The notes: generated by a model from the sequence alone, not told the origin. A stretch of DNA of 64,000 nt from an uncultured Planctomycetaceae bacterium (GCA_963833985.1 CAWIAD010000001.1:896001-960000); one strand, 5' to 3'; shown: positions 40,053 to 50,297, counted from the first letter of the stretch. Numbers and translations: made by a program.

Positions 40053-40895
40053 TCACGCCGCCATCGGCCGTACAAGGCGGGTGCGCACCAGGTTGCCGAA
40101 GCCGTCCACAAGCTGGACGACGAGGAAGATGGCCAGCAGGATGGCGGCCACCTGGCGGTATTGCATGAGTCGAAGCGTGCCAAGCAGCTCAAAGCCGATG
40201 CCTCCTGCACCCACCATCCCCACCACGGTGGATGCCCTGAAGTTCATTTCCCAGCGATAGAGCGTGAAGTCGGCCGCCTGAGCCAGAACCTGGGGAATGA
40301 CGGCAAAGACAATCACATGGAACCGCGAGCCTCCGCACGAGGCCACGGCCTCCATCAACCCCGGCTCGGCCCTCTCGATCGCCTCGCTGTAGAGCTTGCC
40401 CAGCGACCCGACCGAGTGCAGCCCCATCGCCAGGATTCCCGGCAGAATGCCGAAGCCGACCGAGGCCACGAAGATGATCGCCAGCACCAGCTCGGGAATC
40501 GTCCTCAGGAAGTTGAGCATGGATTTGACCAGGACCGCAATCCAGGGATGCGGTGCCGTGGTCCGCGCGGCCAGGAAGCTGAGCGGAAACGCGGCGAGCG
40601 CCGCGAGCAGCGTGGCCATGACGCTCATGGCCACCGTATCCGCCATCGGCTTGCCCAGCGTCGGAATGACCTTCCAGTCCGGCGGCAGCATCTCGCCGAC
40701 CATCGAGCCAAAATTGTGCAGGGCACGCGCGATACCGGAGCCGCCCGCCGTGGCCCGTAGCGTGTAGGCCGCGGAGCCAAGTACCAGGAGCAGAACGACC
40801 AGGGCAATCCACCTCGACTTCAGCCAGCCAACCATGGCAAGCGCAGCGCGGTCGCCGCGACGCGAGGTTGCGGAGAGGGTGCGGTCCGCGCTCAC
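40053..40895 (-). CDS. ptxC: Phosphite/phosphonate ABC permease (PtxC/PhnE)
   Basis: LRTIPELV, VGFGILPGILAMGLHSVG, KLYSEAIE, YRWEMNFRASTVVGMVGAGGIGFEL. Confidence 0.85.
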   Translation of the reverse strand: MSADRTLSATSRRGDRAALAMVGWLKSRWIALVVLLLVLGSAAYTLRATAGGSGIARALHNFGSMVGEMLPPDWKVIPTLGKPMADTVAMSVMATLLAALAAFPLSFLAARTTAPHPWIAVLVKSMLNFLRTIPELVLAIIFVASVGFGILPGILAMGLHSVGSLGKLYSEAIERAEPGLMEAVASCGGSRFHVIVFAVIPQVLAQAADFTLYRWEMNFRASTVVGMVGAGGIGFELLGTLRLMQYRQVAAILLAIFLVVQLVDGFGNLVRTRLVRPMAA

Positions 40896-41812
40896 CGCGT
40901 CTTCTCCAGGTCGATGTCCAGGAGTTTGACCATCGTGCGGACCACGTCGTAGTCCTGATCTTTGACCGCGGCGAATCCCTCGGCCTTGAGCGGTTTCAGG
41001 ACGGCGGGGTCCTTGAGCGTGAGGAAGGCGGTCCTGATCTCGGCTTGCAGGCCCGCATCAAGATCGTCGCGGAGGACCCAGGGATAGTTCGGGCAGGGGT
41101 CGGACTCGGCGAGAATCCTGATCTTGTCGCGGTGGATCGTGCCTTGCTCGAGGAGTGACTCCAGGATGGGCCGACTGAGACCGCCGGCCTGAGCGTTGCC
41201 GTTCTGGACGTTGACGGCGACCGCGTCGTGGGCTCCCACGAAGACCTCCTTGTAATCTTGCCCCGCTTTGAGCTTGCCGAGGGTCAGGAGCATCGTCTTG
41301 GGGATGAGGTGGCTGGACGTGGATGCCGGATCTCCAAAAGCCACTGTCTTCCCCTTGAGATCCTCGATGCGTTCGACGCTCTGGCCGGCCCCGGCGATGA
41401 GCACGGCCCGGTAGGTGGGTGACCCTCCCTCAACCTTGGCCGCGAACGGAATGGCTGCGGGCATTCGCTGCTTGAGCAGCACATAAGAAAGGGGGCCGAA
41501 GTAGCCAACGTCGATCTGCCCGTGACGCATGGCTTCGATCATCGACGAGTAGTCCGTGGTGACCACCAGCTCGATCGGCCGTTTCAGGGCCGATTCCAGG
41601 TATCCACGCAACGGCTCATTCTTCCTGATGATGCTCGCGGGCGACTCGTCCGGCAGCAGGGCGAACCTGAGAGGGACCGTGGAATCCGTGCCGGCCCCCG
41701 GTGCCGCACCGCCGCGCCCGGCGGCCGGGTCGGGGCCTCCGCCGCAGCCGGCAAGAACACAGATGGCCCAGCCCAGCAAGAGCCCACGAACTGGCAAAGT
41801 CACTGGAATCAT
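40892..41812 (-). CDS. ptxB: Phosphite-type ABC substrate-binding lipoprotein (PtxB-like, PhnD family)
   Basis: Lipobox LAGC; ALLPDE, VTTDYSSMIEAMR, YFGPLSYV, STSSHLIP, HDAVAVNV, NYPW; strongly resembles Pseudomonas stutzeri PtxB as recalled. Confidence 0.82.
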   Translation of the reverse strand: MIPVTLPVRGLLLGWAICVLAGCGGGPDPAAGRGGAAPGAGTDSTVPLRFALLPDESPASIIRKNEPLRGYLESALKRPIELVVTTDYSSMIEAMRHGQIDVGYFGPLSYVLLKQRMPAAIPFAAKVEGGSPTYRAVLIAGAGQSVERIEDLKGKTVAFGDPASTSSHLIPKTMLLTLGKLKAGQDYKEVFVGAHDAVAVNVQNGNAQAGGLSRPILESLLEQGTIHRDKIRILAESDPCPNYPWVLRDDLDAGLQAEIRTAFLTLKDPAVLKPLKAEGFAAVKDQDYDVVRTMVKLLDIDLEKTR

Positions 41813-42648
41813 GATGAGAGCTCGCTGTGAATGGATTCGCCGATGGGGTTCGTGCTTGCCTGCTGTAGCGCCGAATCGATTGAGTCATCCATCTCGAGGT
41901 TGGCTTGCGGACTTCCGCCCGCCGTACCGTAGAGGCGTTCGATCTCCTCGGGGCCAAGCGCGCCGGGAGAGAGATTGAAGACCAGTATCCCCCGTTTCAA
42001 TCCCAGGACGCGGTCGGCGATGGCCGTGGCCAGTGGAACGTTGTGCAGGTTGCAGAGCAGGGTCGTGCCACGCTCGCGGCAGATCGACTGCAAGAGCGCG
42101 AGGATCTCGCGTCCCGTCACCGGGTCGAGGTTCGAGATCGGTTCGTCCGCCAGCAACACCTCGGGGTCATGGGCCAGGGCCCGGGCGATACCGACGCGCT
42201 GCTTCTGACCGCCGGAGAGCTCGTCGACCCGGGCGTGCCGCTTCTCGCCAAGCCCAACCGAGATGATCGCTTCGGTGGCCAGTTGATGATCCTGCTTCGA
42301 GAAGAGCAAATTCCAGGGCGCCTTCTCCGCCAGCCGCCCGATCAGCACGTTCCGCAGTACCGAGGCGCTTCCCACGAGCTGGTACGATTGAAAGATGAAG
42401 CCGACTCGCCGCCGGACCGCGGCCAGGTGCTTCCGCTCGACGCTCATGCCGTCGATGCGGATTGTTCCGGAGGTGGGCCGGAGCAGGCCGTTGATGCACC
42501 GCAGCAGGGTGGACTTGCCGGCGCCGCTGGGGCCCAGGACGCAGGCGATTTCGCCCCGGGCTAGCTCAAAGCTCACGCCTTGAAGAACCCGATCGCCACC
42601 GAAGTCCTTGGTCAGGTGGGCGATGCTGATCATCGGTGGTTTCGGCAT
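41809..42648 (-). CDS. ptxA: Phosphite/phosphonate ABC ATPase (PtxA/PhnC)
   Basis: GPSGAGKSTLLRCING, LSGGQKQRVGIARAL, LADEPISNLDP, CNLH. Confidence 0.85.
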   Translation of the reverse strand: MPKPPMISIAHLTKDFGGDRVLQGVSFELARGEIACVLGPSGAGKSTLLRCINGLLRPTSGTIRIDGMSVERKHLAAVRRRVGFIFQSYQLVGSASVLRNVLIGRLAEKAPWNLLFSKQDHQLATEAIISVGLGEKRHARVDELSGGQKQRVGIARALAHDPEVLLADEPISNLDPVTGREILALLQSICRERGTTLLCNLHNVPLATAIADRVLGLKRGILVFNLSPGALGPEEIERLYGTAGGSPQANLEMDDSIDSALQQASTNPIGESIHSELSS

Positions 42649-42806
42649 GGTCGTGGCGGAGGGTTGCGGCGGATCCCGGCTTCAAGTCTATCAGATTGCC
42701 GCACACCGACGCGATGCAACGCAGCGAGGATCACTCGCCCGGTAGCTGGTACAATGAGCCAAAAGAGGCTCACCCTGACCATTTTCGACTGGAGAAACTC
42801 TTCGCG

Positions 42807-43786
42807 ATGAAAGCCATCGTGATCACGGGAGTCGGCGGCCCCGAAGTGCTCGCGCTGCACGAGGTTCCCACTCCTGAGCCCGCGGGCGACCAGGTCCGCG
42901 TACGGGTGCGCGCGTGCGGGTTGAACCGGGCCGACCTGTTGCAGGCAAAGGGACACTACCCTGCGCCCGCGGGCGTTCCGCAAGACATCCCGGGGCTCGA
43001 GTACGCCGGCGAGGTTGACGCGCTGGGACCGGGCGTCACCGGGCCGCTTCGCGTGGGAGACCGGGTCTTCGGCATCGTGGCCGGGGCGCCCAGGCCGAGT
43101 ACCTCGTGACGCACGAGCGGATGGCGGTGCCCATTCCAGAAGCGCTCGACTTCGAGTTGGCGGCCGCGGTGCCCGAGGCGTTCATTACCGCGCACGACGC
43201 CTTGCTCACGCTGGGGCGACTTGGGCCGGGTGAGAGGGTGCTGATCCAGGCAGTCGGCAGCGGTGTGGGAACCGCCGCGTCACAGATTGCCCACGCCATG
43301 GGCTGCACGGTCTTCGGCACGTCGCGAACCGACTCGAAGCTGGCACTCGCGAGGTCGCTGGGCGTGGACGTCGGCATCAACAGTGCAAAGCATGATTTCG
43401 CCGAGGTAGTGCGGCAGCAGACCGGTCATGGCGTTCAGGTGGTTCTCGACCTCGTGGGCGCCGAGGCCTTTGAGGGGAACCTCAAGGCGCTTGCCCCCCG
43501 GGGAAGGCTGGTCGTGGTCGGCCTCCTGAGCGGCCGCAAGGTGTCGCTCGACCTGGGGATGCTTTTGAGCCAGCGGGTCACCATGATTGGCACGACCCTG
43601 CGGGCACGACCGCTCGAGGAGAAGATCATGGCCACGACCCTGTTCGCCAGGCAGGTGGTGCCCTGGCTGGAGCGCGGGATGGTCCGCCCGGTCGTCGATG
43701 CGGTGATCCCCTGGGAAAACACGAACGAGGCATTCGGCCGGATGCAGTCGAACCAGACCTTCGGCAAGGTCATTCTCCAGCTCTGA
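42807..43786 (+). CDS. NAD(P)H-quinone oxidoreductase, MDR/PIG3 family (frameshift at G-run 43083-43086)
   Basis: GGPEVL, GLNRADLLQAKGHYP, PGLEYAG; continues AAAVPEAFITA, GSGVGTAA, GTTLRAR, GKVIL. Confidence 0.9.
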
Positions 43787-44549
43787 CACCCAGGCCCGGA
43801 CCGGGCGCTTCGCCGCCATGATAGGCCGCCGGTCCGGCGGCACCGGCACCGTTGGGTGACGCCCCGCTGCCCGCGAGTGCTCCGTCTTCAAGAGCCACCT
43901 GTCCGTCCTGGATCTCCAGCACCAGGTCCTCGGGCGTGATGAAGCGACGGTCGTGAGTGACGATCACCAGGGTGGTCTGATAGGTCTGCTGCAAGCCGCG
44001 GAGGATCTTGTAGATCTCGTCACCGGTCTTCGAATCGAGTTCGCCGGTCGGTTCGTCGGCGAGCACGAGGAGCGGTTGCTTGATCAGGGCCCGGGCAATG
44101 GCCACGCGCTGCTGCTCGCCGCCGGAAAGCTGGTAGGGCCGGTGTTCCAGCCGGTCGCCCAGCCCCACGTGGGTGAGCAGCTCGGTGGCGCGCGCACGCT
44201 GTTCGGCCGTGACGCCGCGCGGCAAGAACGGCACCAGCACGTTTTCCAGGGCCGAGAGGTTGCTGATCAGGTTGAAGGACTGGAAGATGAAGCCGACCTG
44301 CTCACGGCGATAGACGTTCTGCATGGTCTCGGACATGGCGACGAGGCTCTGGCCGTTCACCCGGATCTCGCCGCGGGATGGCCGGTCGAGCGCCCCCAGC
44401 AGGTAAAGCAGGGTGCTCTTTCCCGACCCGCTTGGCCCCACGATGAAGGCGAACCGGCCGCGGTCGATGTGACAGTTGATTCCCCGTAGCGCCTCCACCT
44501 GACGGGTGCCGCTCCGGTAGGACTTCCAGACATTCACCACTTCAATCAT
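43770..44549 (-). CDS. LolD/MacB-type ABC ATP-binding protein
   Basis: [46 protein letters not shown]. Confidence 0.92.
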   Translation of the reverse strand: MIEVVNVWKSYRSGTRQVEALRGINCHIDRGRFAFIVGPSGSGKSTLLYLLGALDRPSRGEIRVNGQSLVAMSETMQNVYRREQVGFIFQSFNLISNLSALENVLVPFLPRGVTAEQRARATELLTHVGLGDRLEHRPYQLSGGEQQRVAIARALIKQPLLVLADEPTGELDSKTGDEIYKILRGLQQTYQTTLVIVTHDRRFITPEDLVLEIQDGQVALEDGALAGSGASPNGAGAAGPAAYHGGEAPGPGLGVRAGE

Positions 44550-44558
44550 CGGGTGGCC

Positions 44559-45773
44559 TCAATGTGATCCGAGCCGGATAGCGTCCATGGGAACCAGCCG
44601 CGCGGCCCGCCAGGCGGGGTAGAGCCCGCCCAGCGTGCCCATGACCACGCTCAGGCCGATTCCCAGGCCCAGGAGCGGAGGATCAACCCCCAGGTGCACG
44701 CCTCCGCTGATAAACTGGTTCGCAATCGACGTACCCAGCAGCGCCAGCATGCAGCCGACGACCCCGGCCATGAGCCCGAGGAAGGCGCTCTCCAGGGTGA
44801 CCAGGGTCAGGATGTTGGCCTCCGACCAGCCGTTGGTCCGGAGCACGCCGAACTCGACGAACCGCTCGGTGGTGCTCATGAGCATGGTGTTGATGATGCC
44901 GATGATCCCGACGAGCAGCGCCAGGCTGACGGTCATCATGAGCAGCTTGTCCACCTGCCCCATGAGCGAGCCGAAGTTCGCCTTGACCTCGTTCATGCTG
45001 CGGGCGTCGACCCCCGGATAGGTCTTCTCGATGGCCGCGGAGAGGACGTCGTACTGGCGCGGGTTCCTGGCCTCGACGTAGATGCTGGAGATCGAGTCCC
45101 TGGCGAAGTTCAGGGCCTTCCGCGCCGTTTCGATATCCATGACGATCACCACGTCCAGCAGCAGCGATCCGGTCTCATAGAGACCGATGATCGTGTAGTC
45201 CTGGTCCACGATCCGCAGCGTGTCGCCCAGCACCCGCGGCTCCCCGTTCGCCTTGGGAAAATCGCGGGCGATCTTGCGGCTGATGACGATGTTTGGCTTT
45301 CCGACGTCCTCCATGGTCAGGAAGCGGCCCTCGCCCTTCTCCTTGAGCGCCCGCAGAAAGACGGCGCTGTTGAGGTTCATGTGCGAGGCAACGTCCTGGC
45401 CGCAAACCACGAGCTGGTCGAAGATCGACGCCGCGATTCCCTTTCCGGAGGTCAGGCCACGGGCGAACATCCCCCGGCCCTCGATGCTGGGAGCGACTTG
45501 CCAGACCTCAGGCGCTGCGGCCCGCACCTCCGGCAGCTTGCGGAGGTCATCGGCCAGGCTGGCGGGGAGGGTGCTGAAGACCGGGCTGGGGACATTCTCG
45601 CGGATGACCATCACGCCCTCGATCTGGCTGAGCGTGTCGCCCACCAGGTCGCGCAACCCGTTGGAGACGCTGAAAAGGCCCATCACGCCGAGGATCGGCA
45701 CCGACAGCCCGATCAACGCCAGGGCAGTGCGGAGCGGCCGGGTCAAAAGGTTACGCCAGGCAAAAGAACCCAC
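44559..45773 (-). CDS. MacB/FtsX-type ABC permease
   Basis: AWRNLLTRPLRTAL, IINTMLMSTTERFVEFGVLR, GGLYPAWRAARLVPMDAIR; GTG start after SD ggag. Confidence 0.9.
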   Translation of the reverse strand: MGSFAWRNLLTRPLRTALALIGLSVPILGVMGLFSVSNGLRDLVGDTLSQIEGVMVIRENVPSPVFSTLPASLADDLRKLPEVRAAAPEVWQVAPSIEGRGMFARGLTSGKGIAASIFDQLVVCGQDVASHMNLNSAVFLRALKEKGEGRFLTMEDVGKPNIVISRKIARDFPKANGEPRVLGDTLRIVDQDYTIIGLYETGSLLLDVVIVMDIETARKALNFARDSISSIYVEARNPRQYDVLSAAIEKTYPGVDARSMNEVKANFGSLMGQVDKLLMMTVSLALLVGIIGIINTMLMSTTERFVEFGVLRTNGWSEANILTLVTLESAFLGLMAGVVGCMLALLGTSIANQFISGGVHLGVDPPLLGLGIGLSVVMGTLGGLYPAWRAARLVPMDAIRLGSH

Positions 45774-46179
45774 GGGCAACGGACTCCATGCAGGTTTGAA
45801 TCGCAGCAGCCGTCCCGTCGGGCACGGCTGGCCGCAATGACCCGGAACCGCTACCTGGGACCGTCACAGGGTCCCGGCCTCGTGTGAGAGCCGGCAAGTT
45901 CGGGGCAATGCGAGGATGGCGCCGGGAAAAGTTGAGCAAGCGAACCAGATGGATCGAGGACCTTCCGAAGCCGGTTCCGACACTTGCATATCCCTCGCAA
46001 GCCCGGGCGGGCGTCCCGAAGTCAGAAGCAGTTCGCGGAGTGGAACTGCCCGGCAAGGTCCGCGATCAGCATTCACATCTATCATAGTCAAGCGGACAAG
46101 CTTGAGGCAAAGTCCGGGTCCGAGCTCAGGCCGCTCTTCCGCATCTTGACCCGGTTCCAGAATTTCGCAGAGACGCAGC

Positions 46180-49100
46180 CTACGATGCCTCGGTCGTACC
46201 CGGGTTGTCTTCGGCGGACGGCGCGGGCTCCTGAGCGAGGGGTTCCTCGGGCGCGGCGAACTGCTGTGGAGCTGAGGTTCCTGCCGGTGGGGCCTCAACC
46301 CCTGGCTCCATGGGCCGGGCGCTGCTCTGCCCCGGCGCGGGCTCCCCGGCCTCATCCTCGGGTGTCTCGACGCGTGCTTCCCAGAGTTGCTTGAGCTGTC
46401 CGAACGTCCGCAGCGGAACGCTCCCCGAGAGTGCCTCCTTGGAGAGGGGGGGAGGAGGCGGGCTGGGGCGCGACGGGCGCGATGGCATGCGCGGGCCGGA
46501 GGGCCGGTCCATACGGCCTGGCCCCGGACGCGCGCCGGGCATCGACGGGCCACTGCGCGGCCCGCCGCGGCCGGAGCCGGGAGGACCGGGGAAACCGCCG
46601 CCCGGCCGGCCGCCCCCGGGGAGTGGACCGTGGCTGGCAGGAGCCTCGCCGGGACCGGGATGTCCGGGCCCGCCGCCTGGGCCTCCGCGCTCGCGTTCGG
46701 CTCGGCGCGACGGATCAGGCAGAGCCGTGATCGGCGGCGCACCGACCGGAGGCGACGTGAGAGCAGAGCCGCTTGGCCGCGGGGGACGGGGGCGGTCGCG
46801 GCGGGCTTGCCCCGGCTGCCCCTGGCCCTCGCGCTGTTCCCCGCCGCCGGGCCCACGGCGCGGGCCCCCATGCGAGCCTCCGCGCTGCCGTTCGGTCCCG
46901 GGCTTGACCATCGTCAGCGAGACGCGCTTCCGCTCCTGGTCCACGCCCATCACCCAGACCGTCACCACGTCCCCCACGCTGACAACGTCGTGAGGCGTTT
47001 TGATGTAACGGTTCGCAAGCTGGCTGATATGAACAAGCCCCGAATCCTTCAGCCCGATGTCCACGAACGCCCCGAAGTCCACCACGTTGAGCACCGTACC
47101 CTTGAGCTCCATTCCGGGTACAAGGTCCTCGAGCTTGAGGATGCCCTTCTTGAAGATCGGCTTGGGCAGATCGTCACGCGGGTCGCGCTCCGGGCGCCTG
47201 AGAGCCTCGAAGATGTCCCTCAGGGTGAACTCGCCCACCTGGAGTTCCCTGGCCAGTTCGACCGGATCGGCCGCCTCCAGCTGGTGGTGCAGCTCGGGTA
47301 GCTCCTGCTTGCTGCGGACGACATCCGGGCTCTTGCCGAACCGCTCCAGCAACTGGGTGGCAAGCGCGTAGCTTTCGGGATGGATCCAGGTACGGTCCAG
47401 GGGCTGGGCGCCCTCGGGTATCTTCAAAAAGCCGGCAGCCTGGGTGAATGTTGCCGGGCCAACTCCGTCAACCTCCATGAGCTGCTCGCGGCCGGCGAAC
47501 GAACCTGTTTCCTTGCGATGGTCGACGATCCGCCGGGCCGTCAGTTGATTGAGCCCGGAGACGTGCCGCAGCAGGGGGACGCTGGCGGTGTTGAGATCGA
47601 CACCGACAAAATTGACGCAGCTGGAGATCACCGCCTCGAGTGTTTCTTTGAGGTGCTTGGGGTTGACGTCATGCTGGTACAGCCCGACGCCGATGTTCTG
47701 CGGCTCGATCTTGACCAGCTCGGCCAGCGGGTCCTGGAGCCTGCGGCCGATCGAGATCGCGCTGCGGAGCGTGGCGTCGAACTCGGGAAGCTCTTCCCTG
47801 CCCACCTGGCTGGTCGAATAAACGCTGGCCCCGGCCTCGTTGACGATCACGTAAGCCATCTGCGCGAGCAGCGTGTCGGCGCCGTGTGGCGCGGGCGGCG
47901 TCTGCGGGGGCGGAGGCGAAGACGAAGGTCTGGAGCGTGACCCTCGAGAGCGGCCATGGTCGTGCTTTCCGGACCCTCCGCGGCGCGGCTCTTGCGCTGG
48001 CCTCGTCTCGGACGCCGGTGAGGCAGCAGGAGTCTCGCTTTCCGACGGTGCGGGCTCCGACGACCGTGGCTCGGACGCCGCGGACCCGGATGGCGCAGCC
48101 TCGGTCTCAGACGGCTCCGCCATGGCATCCAGGGCCGGCTGCTCCAGCCCGGACACCTCGCCCGAGGCCTCCGCGGCAGGAGCCAGCGCGGGGGGCTCCG
48201 GCGCTGGCGAAGTGTCCGGAACGGTTGGCTCATGCGCGGCCGGTGCGGCATCTTCTCCCGGGGCGCTGGCCGACGTCGGATCCGCCGCGTCCTGGTGCTC
48301 GGATGCGGGCACGGGGTGCGACTCGCCGTCGGCCGGACCAGCCTTGTCCGCACTCTCTTCGGGATGGGCGTGCGGGGCTGGCGCCGCGGCCATGTCACCC
48401 TGGGACGAGATGAGATGCGATTCGGAACCCGATTCCGTCTCGGTCTCGGGAGATGCCGATTCCGGAGCGCCGCCGGCGATGGGCGGCAGGGATTCCTCGT
48501 GGACCGACAGCAACGCTTGCGGCTGCGGATCCGCGCTGGCCGGCTCGTGCTCCGCGGATTCCAGTGTCTCGGGCGGAGGCACGTCGTGGTGATCCGGCTC
48601 CGCTTGCAACGCCGGTGCGTCGTCCTGGTTCAGAGTGCTCGACTCCGGGGCGTCGAGGGAAGAGTCCTGGCTGCGTGGACCCGCCGGATCGTGCGGTTGA
48701 GCGTCTGGCGGCGCGGCCGCTCCAGCGTCGGCCGGCGCGCGCAGTTCGGCAGCGGGCGCGCTGGCCGATGTGTCGTTGTGTTCAGGGACCTGCGGCTCAG
48801 CAGGCTCCGCAGCAGTGGTTGGAGTGCCGCCTGGCGCATTTTCCGGGCCTGTGGCAGCCGCGTCCTCCGGGGTGCCGGACTGGGCGGATGTCCCGTTCAC
48901 CGCGCTCGCGCCCTCGACTTCGATGGGTGTCGCGCCCGCCTCGGTGAACTGCACCCCCTCGGCGATGATCTCGGCGATCAGTTCCTCGGTCTCCCGGCAA
49001 GCCGTGCCGTTGCCGATCGCCACCACGCCGACCCTGTGCTTGCCCACGAGGTCCTTGAGAAAGACCTTGGTTTCGGAACGCCGGTTCTGGGGCGCGTGCG

Positions 49101-50157
49101 GATAGACCACGCCATGATCGAGCAGATTGCCGTTCGGATCAAGGACGGCCACCTTGCAGCCCGAGCGCAGACCGGGGTCGATGGCCAGCACCACCTGCTT
49201 GGGGATCGGCGGCTGCAAGAGCAAGCTGCGCAGGTTTCGAGCGAAGACTTCGACGGCATGTTTCTCGGCCGCGTCGGTGAGGTCGCGGCGGACCTCACGC
49301 TCCATGCTCGGCAGGATCAGGCGATCCAGTGCGTCGAGTGCCGCCCCGCGGAACAGCTCCGCCTGGGGATGGCCCTCCAGCGGAAGCTGCTGAAAGTAGG
49401 CGGCCTCCAGGTCCCCGCGGGGAAGGTCAAGCTTGATCTTCAGCGGCCCTTCTTTCTCGCCTCGGTTGATCGCCAGGACACGATGGGGAGGGACCTGGGA
49501 AAGGGGCTCGGTGTACTCGAAGTAATCGCGGTATTCGAGGCCCTGGCCGTCTGGCACGTCTCCCTTGGTAGTGGCGATCTTGGCCGTCTTCCAGACGATC
49601 TTGCGCACGGCGTCGCGCACCGCGGCCATCTCGCTGATGGCCTCGGAAAGGATGTGGCCGACGCCCTCGAGCACCTTCTCCGCGGTCTCGAGGCCCTTCT
49701 CGGCGCTGACGAATTCCTGGGCCGCGGCCATCGGGTCAGTCAGGGTCTCGTCACGGTTCCAGATCCGCACGGCGAGCGGCTCGAGCCCCTTCTCCCTGGC
49801 ATCGGAGGCCTTGGTGCGCTTCTTGGGCTTGAATGGGAGATAGAGGTCTTCCAGCCGCTTGGGATTGTCCGCCGAGCGAATGGCCGCGGCGAGCTCGGGG
49901 CTAAGCTTGCCCTGCGCCTCGATGGCCTTGAGGATCGTCTCCTTGCGCTCGGCCAGTTCCCGAAGCCGGTGCACGCGAAGCTGGATCTCGCGGATCACGA
50001 CCTCATTCAGGTTCCCGGTTCGTTCCTTGCGATACCGGGTGATGAATGGGACCGTGTTACCTTCGTCCAGCAACTGGACGACACTCTCGACCTGAACACG
50101 CCGAATTTGCAGGTCCTGCGCAACTCGGCCCAGGTCAACCGGAATCGGGTTGTCCAT
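46180..50157 (-). CDS. tex: Tex family transcription accessory / RNA-binding protein with a large low-complexity insertion and tail
   Basis: GNTVPFITRYRKE, LEDLYLPFKPK, HRVLAINRGE, AIDPGLRSGCK, AIGNGTACRETE, VNEAGASVYS, IGVGLYQHD, S1 GTVLNVVDFGAFVDIG. Confidence 0.93.
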   Translation of the reverse strand: MDNPIPVDLGRVAQDLQIRRVQVESVVQLLDEGNTVPFITRYRKERTGNLNEVVIREIQLRVHRLRELAERKETILKAIEAQGKLSPELAAAIRSADNPKRLEDLYLPFKPKKRTKASDAREKGLEPLAVRIWNRDETLTDPMAAAQEFVSAEKGLETAEKVLEGVGHILSEAISEMAAVRDAVRKIVWKTAKIATTKGDVPDGQGLEYRDYFEYTEPLSQVPPHRVLAINRGEKEGPLKIKLDLPRGDLEAAYFQQLPLEGHPQAELFRGAALDALDRLILPSMEREVRRDLTDAAEKHAVEVFARNLRSLLLQPPIPKQVVLAIDPGLRSGCKVAVLDPNGNLLDHGVVYPHAPQNRRSETKVFLKDLVGKHRVGVVAIGNGTACRETEELIAEIIAEGVQFTEAGATPIEVEGASAVNGTSAQSGTPEDAAATGPENAPGGTPTTAAEPAEPQVPEHNDTSASAPAAELRAPADAGAAAPPDAQPHDPAGPRSQDSSLDAPESSTLNQDDAPALQAEPDHHDVPPPETLESAEHEPASADPQPQALLSVHEESLPPIAGGAPESASPETETESGSESHLISSQGDMAAAPAPHAHPEESADKAGPADGESHPVPASEHQDAADPTSASAPGEDAAPAAHEPTVPDTSPAPEPPALAPAAEASGEVSGLEQPALDAMAEPSETEAAPSGSAASEPRSSEPAPSESETPAASPASETRPAQEPRRGGSGKHDHGRSRGSRSRPSSSPPPPQTPPAPHGADTLLAQMAYVIVNEAGASVYSTSQVGREELPEFDATLRSAISIGRRLQDPLAELVKIEPQNIGVGLYQHDVNPKHLKETLEAVISSCVNFVGVDLNTASVPLLRHVSGLNQLTARRIVDHRKETGSFAGREQLMEVDGVGPATFTQAAGFLKIPEGAQPLDRTWIHPESYALATQLLERFGKSPDVVRSKQELPELHHQLEAADPVELARELQVGEFTLRDIFEALRRPERDPRDDLPKPIFKKGILKLEDLVPGMELKGTVLNVVDFGAFVDIGLKDSGLVHISQLANRYIKTPHDVVSVGDVVTVWVMGVDQERKRVSLTMVKPGTERQRGGSHGGPRRGPGGGEQREGQGQPGQARRDRPRPPRPSGSALTSPPVGAPPITALPDPSRRAERERGGPGGGPGHPGPGEAPASHGPLPGGGRPGGGFPGPPGSGRGGPRSGPSMPGARPGPGRMDRPSGPRMPSRPSRPSPPPPPLSKEALSGSVPLRTFGQLKQLWEARVETPEDEAGEPAPGQSSARPMEPGVEAPPAGTSAPQQFAAPEEPLAQEPAPSAEDNPGTTEAS

Positions 50158-50297
50158 CGAGACTTAACTCTAAACCAGGTGTGACAGCGACGAGTGGCGG
50201 ATCCGCTGGCGATCGGCCGATCCCCGCCGCAAAGGCGGCTCGCTCGCGAATTAAACCGAGCGCACGATGACGCCTTGGTCTTTGTACAAGTTGGCTC

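Noticed and set aside
47880..48950. Tex insertion as an intein or intron
   Set aside because: No C/S start with HN-C/S/T end, no endonuclease motifs, low-complexity composition, frame preserved.
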